From Adineta vaga (lineage: Eukaryota; Animalia; Rotifera): a stretch of DNA of 64,000 nt. Location of the stretch: positions 4,774,001 to 4,838,000 of the forward strand of contig CP075492.1 in assembly GCA_021613535.1 (NCBI GenBank), written 5' to 3'. Each line of letters opens with the position of its first letter. Position 1 is the first letter of the stretch. The translations under genes and the position numbers were made by a program. Positions 63,469 to 64,000 of this stretch are shown here, piece by piece. Under the pieces are notes generated by a model that saw nothing but the letters and a program-made list of their open reading frames with translations, was not told where the DNA came from and ran no database searches.

Positions 63469-64000
63469 TTGTTCGTTTATAATGATTACAAATTATTTAA
63501 GATACAATTAAACAACTGTTTTTATCTAGAAATTAAAACAAAACTAAAAATAATACAGTATACTTTGATGATTAGTCGTTGAACTTTGCTTATGTTTTCT
63601 ATCTCTCGCATATATGAATGTAATAAGTAATAAAATCATGTATTTTGAACAACTTTTGTTCTACCCATATTTTTTATCCAAGACACTTTCTTGTGTTCGA
63701 CATATGTAAATCAATTCGTTACATTTAATCACGATTTTATGAAAAGTCTTTTTCTAATGTATATGTCAAATACAGAAAAACAAATTCAATTTGATAAACT
63801 TGCCTATAGCATACCGGCTGCTTTCCAAGACGAAATACACCATGTTCTCAAAATTGAAACAGTTGAGATATATATTCTCTTCTTCTTCTTTTCCTCTGTT
63901 TATATATACATTGGCAAACATAAGTAATACACTTAGCTTTTTACATTTGATTATCTCATAGATAAGACTTACACCTCATATTTATAGAGCAGTTATATAC

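Noticed and set aside
1-64000. CRISPR arrays, rRNA, tRNA, autonomous transposons
   Set aside because: No repeat-spacer array, RNA-gene signature, transposase or reverse-transcriptase ORF was seen; a tRNA or small RNA could be missed by eye.

Overview
AT-rich eukaryotic genomic DNA with very short GT-AG introns (about 46-70 bp), so many entries in the ORF track are exons. By inference it is a bdelloid rotifer (Adineta/Rotaria-like), based on the mix of intron-rich metazoan housekeeping genes, expanded ART-TPR, NHL and LDLa/EGF-7TM families, many intron-poor microbial-type enzymes, and TGTGGG/TGAGGG-like motifs. Layout: (1) 1-14.7 kb has an ankyrin-WWE-DEAH helicase, a p24 protein, two foreign-looking enzymes (SDR, Pro1 tautomerase), a GPCR plus its decayed copy, and an F-box/LamG protein. 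(2) 15-28 kb is a conserved block: EXOC4, IER3IP1 and LIN7 packed like an operon, taxilin, an ARH-SAM fusion and PRC1. (3) 29-41 kb is an intronless island: an unknown 468-aa protein, a divergently transcribed two-domain CDA-fold deaminase with one Zn-less domain, cyanase, an IRG-like GTPase, a secreted phosphoesterase and a head-to-head GTPase pair. (4) 41-64 kb holds lineage-specific receptors and ADP-ribosyltransferases, several with ORF lesions. The best candidate for an undescribed system is the unknown protein / pseudo-heterodimeric deaminase / cyanase cluster at 29.1-33.0 kb. All family calls come from motif recognition by eye; no searches were run.
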